64,000 bases of DNA. Origin: Chara braunii. Its lineage: Eukaryota; Plantae; Charophyceae. A model generated the notes under the pieces. The model worked only from the letters and a program-made list of their open reading frames with translations. It ran no database searches and was not told the origin of the DNA. Below, piece by piece: positions 62,987 through 64,000 of this stretch. The position numbers and the translations under genes are program-made. Position 1 is the first letter of the stretch. Each line of letters starts with the position of its first letter. The stretch spans positions 837,221 through 901,220 of the forward strand of contig BFEA01000040.1 in the NCBI GenBank assembly GCA_003427395.1, read 5' to 3'.

Positions 62987-63192
62987 TTTAAAACACCAGT
63001 ACTTGGCCCAGCTATGGTTGCCGAGCCTGGAAACCCCCTGCACGCCAATTTTTGCCGAAGCTCCAGGGTACCGTTTCAATTTTTTTTGGCTGGCGTTTCC
63101 AGCCATTGAGATTCGGTACCCCGAAGCCCGAACTTTGCGTTTGCGTAGCGTTAACGGCAATGGCCCACGGCCGATGTATGGGCCAAGTACTG

Positions 63193-63200
<8 letters not shown>
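62987..63200. mobile_element. TTAA/TTTAAA-flanked MITE
   Basis: TTTAAAACACCAGTACTTGGCCCA ... TGGGCCAAGTACTGGTGGTTAA. Confidence 0.8.
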
Positions 63201-63231
<31 letters not shown>

Positions 63232-63354
63232 TTTTAAAAAAAAAAAAAAAAAAAAGTAGTGGAGAGAAAAAAAAAAAAAAAAAGAGTAGTGGAGCGAGGC
63301 CCACACCTGCGGCTGAATGGGACCCTCACTCATGTAAACTGCAAAACGAACAGA

Positions 63355-63475
63355 GGGTCTCGCCACACCACTCGAGAAATCTGAAAAAGACAAAAATTTG
63401 GGGGCCCATCAGGCCAAGTTCTAGCAGGAAGTTCATTCTCATTTTGCACATTTCGAGAGTGGTGTGGCGAAGCCC
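63355..63475. mobile_element. MITE, GGGTCTCGC family, inserted in a SINE-C head
   Basis: TIRs with AGA duplication; removal restores AACAGAGATTGTGAGTT, matching 60282-60298. Confidence 0.85.
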
Positions 63476-63691
63476 AGAGATTGTGAGTTCCCGCCCCCGG
63501 GATCCACCCTCCGTTGCTAGAATTGGACCGACAGTCAGAAAATCGGAATAGCCCCTCTGCGAAACTATGGATGGCATTGATGACCTGCACAAATCGAAAA
63601 ACGAGTCAAATGACCCCTCTTCTATCTGTCTCTCACCAACCACACCCATAAGTTGGGATCTTTGGTCACGTGGATTACCCGCTCCATAGGA

Positions 63692-63765
<74 letters not shown>

Positions 63766-64000
63766 NNNNNNNNNNNNNNNNNNNNNNNNNNNNNNNNNNN
63801 NNNNNNNNNNNNNNNNNNNNNNNNNNNNNNNNNNNNNNNNNNNNNNNNNNNNNNNNNNNNNNNNNNNNNNNNNNNNNNNNNNNNNGGGTGCATCTGGCCA
63901 TCTTCTAGCAGGAAGTTCTTTCTCATTTTGCACATTTCGAGAGCGGTGTGGCGATGCCCACAGAGAGAGAGAGAGGGAGAGGGAGAGAGAGCGAGAGAGA

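Overview
Repeat-dense eukaryotic nuclear DNA with N-gaps. The plastid insert and element families point to a green plant or alga; a Chara-like streptophyte is my inference only. One credible intact gene is present: a single-ORF 943-aa protein with about 4 N-terminal TM segments and ARM-like helices (51539-54370, minus), whose coding 3' end is tandemly reiterated downstream. The rest is mobile-element debris: a decayed PIF/Harbinger transposase (~12-13.2 kb), a decayed Helitron (~33-42.6 kb) whose helicase is split by a psaB plastid fragment, a LINE-1 ORF2 3' end, many MITE families, tRNA-derived SINEs, satellites and microsatellites. The most notable non-coding signal is a dispersed ~130-bp repeat family (8 recognisable copies at 4.9-6.5 kb and 47 kb) carrying a minimal hammerhead-ribozyme core with covarying stems, consistent with Penelope-like/retrozyme elements. 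A Nextera mate-pair junction adapter at 45056-45093 marks an assembly artefact.
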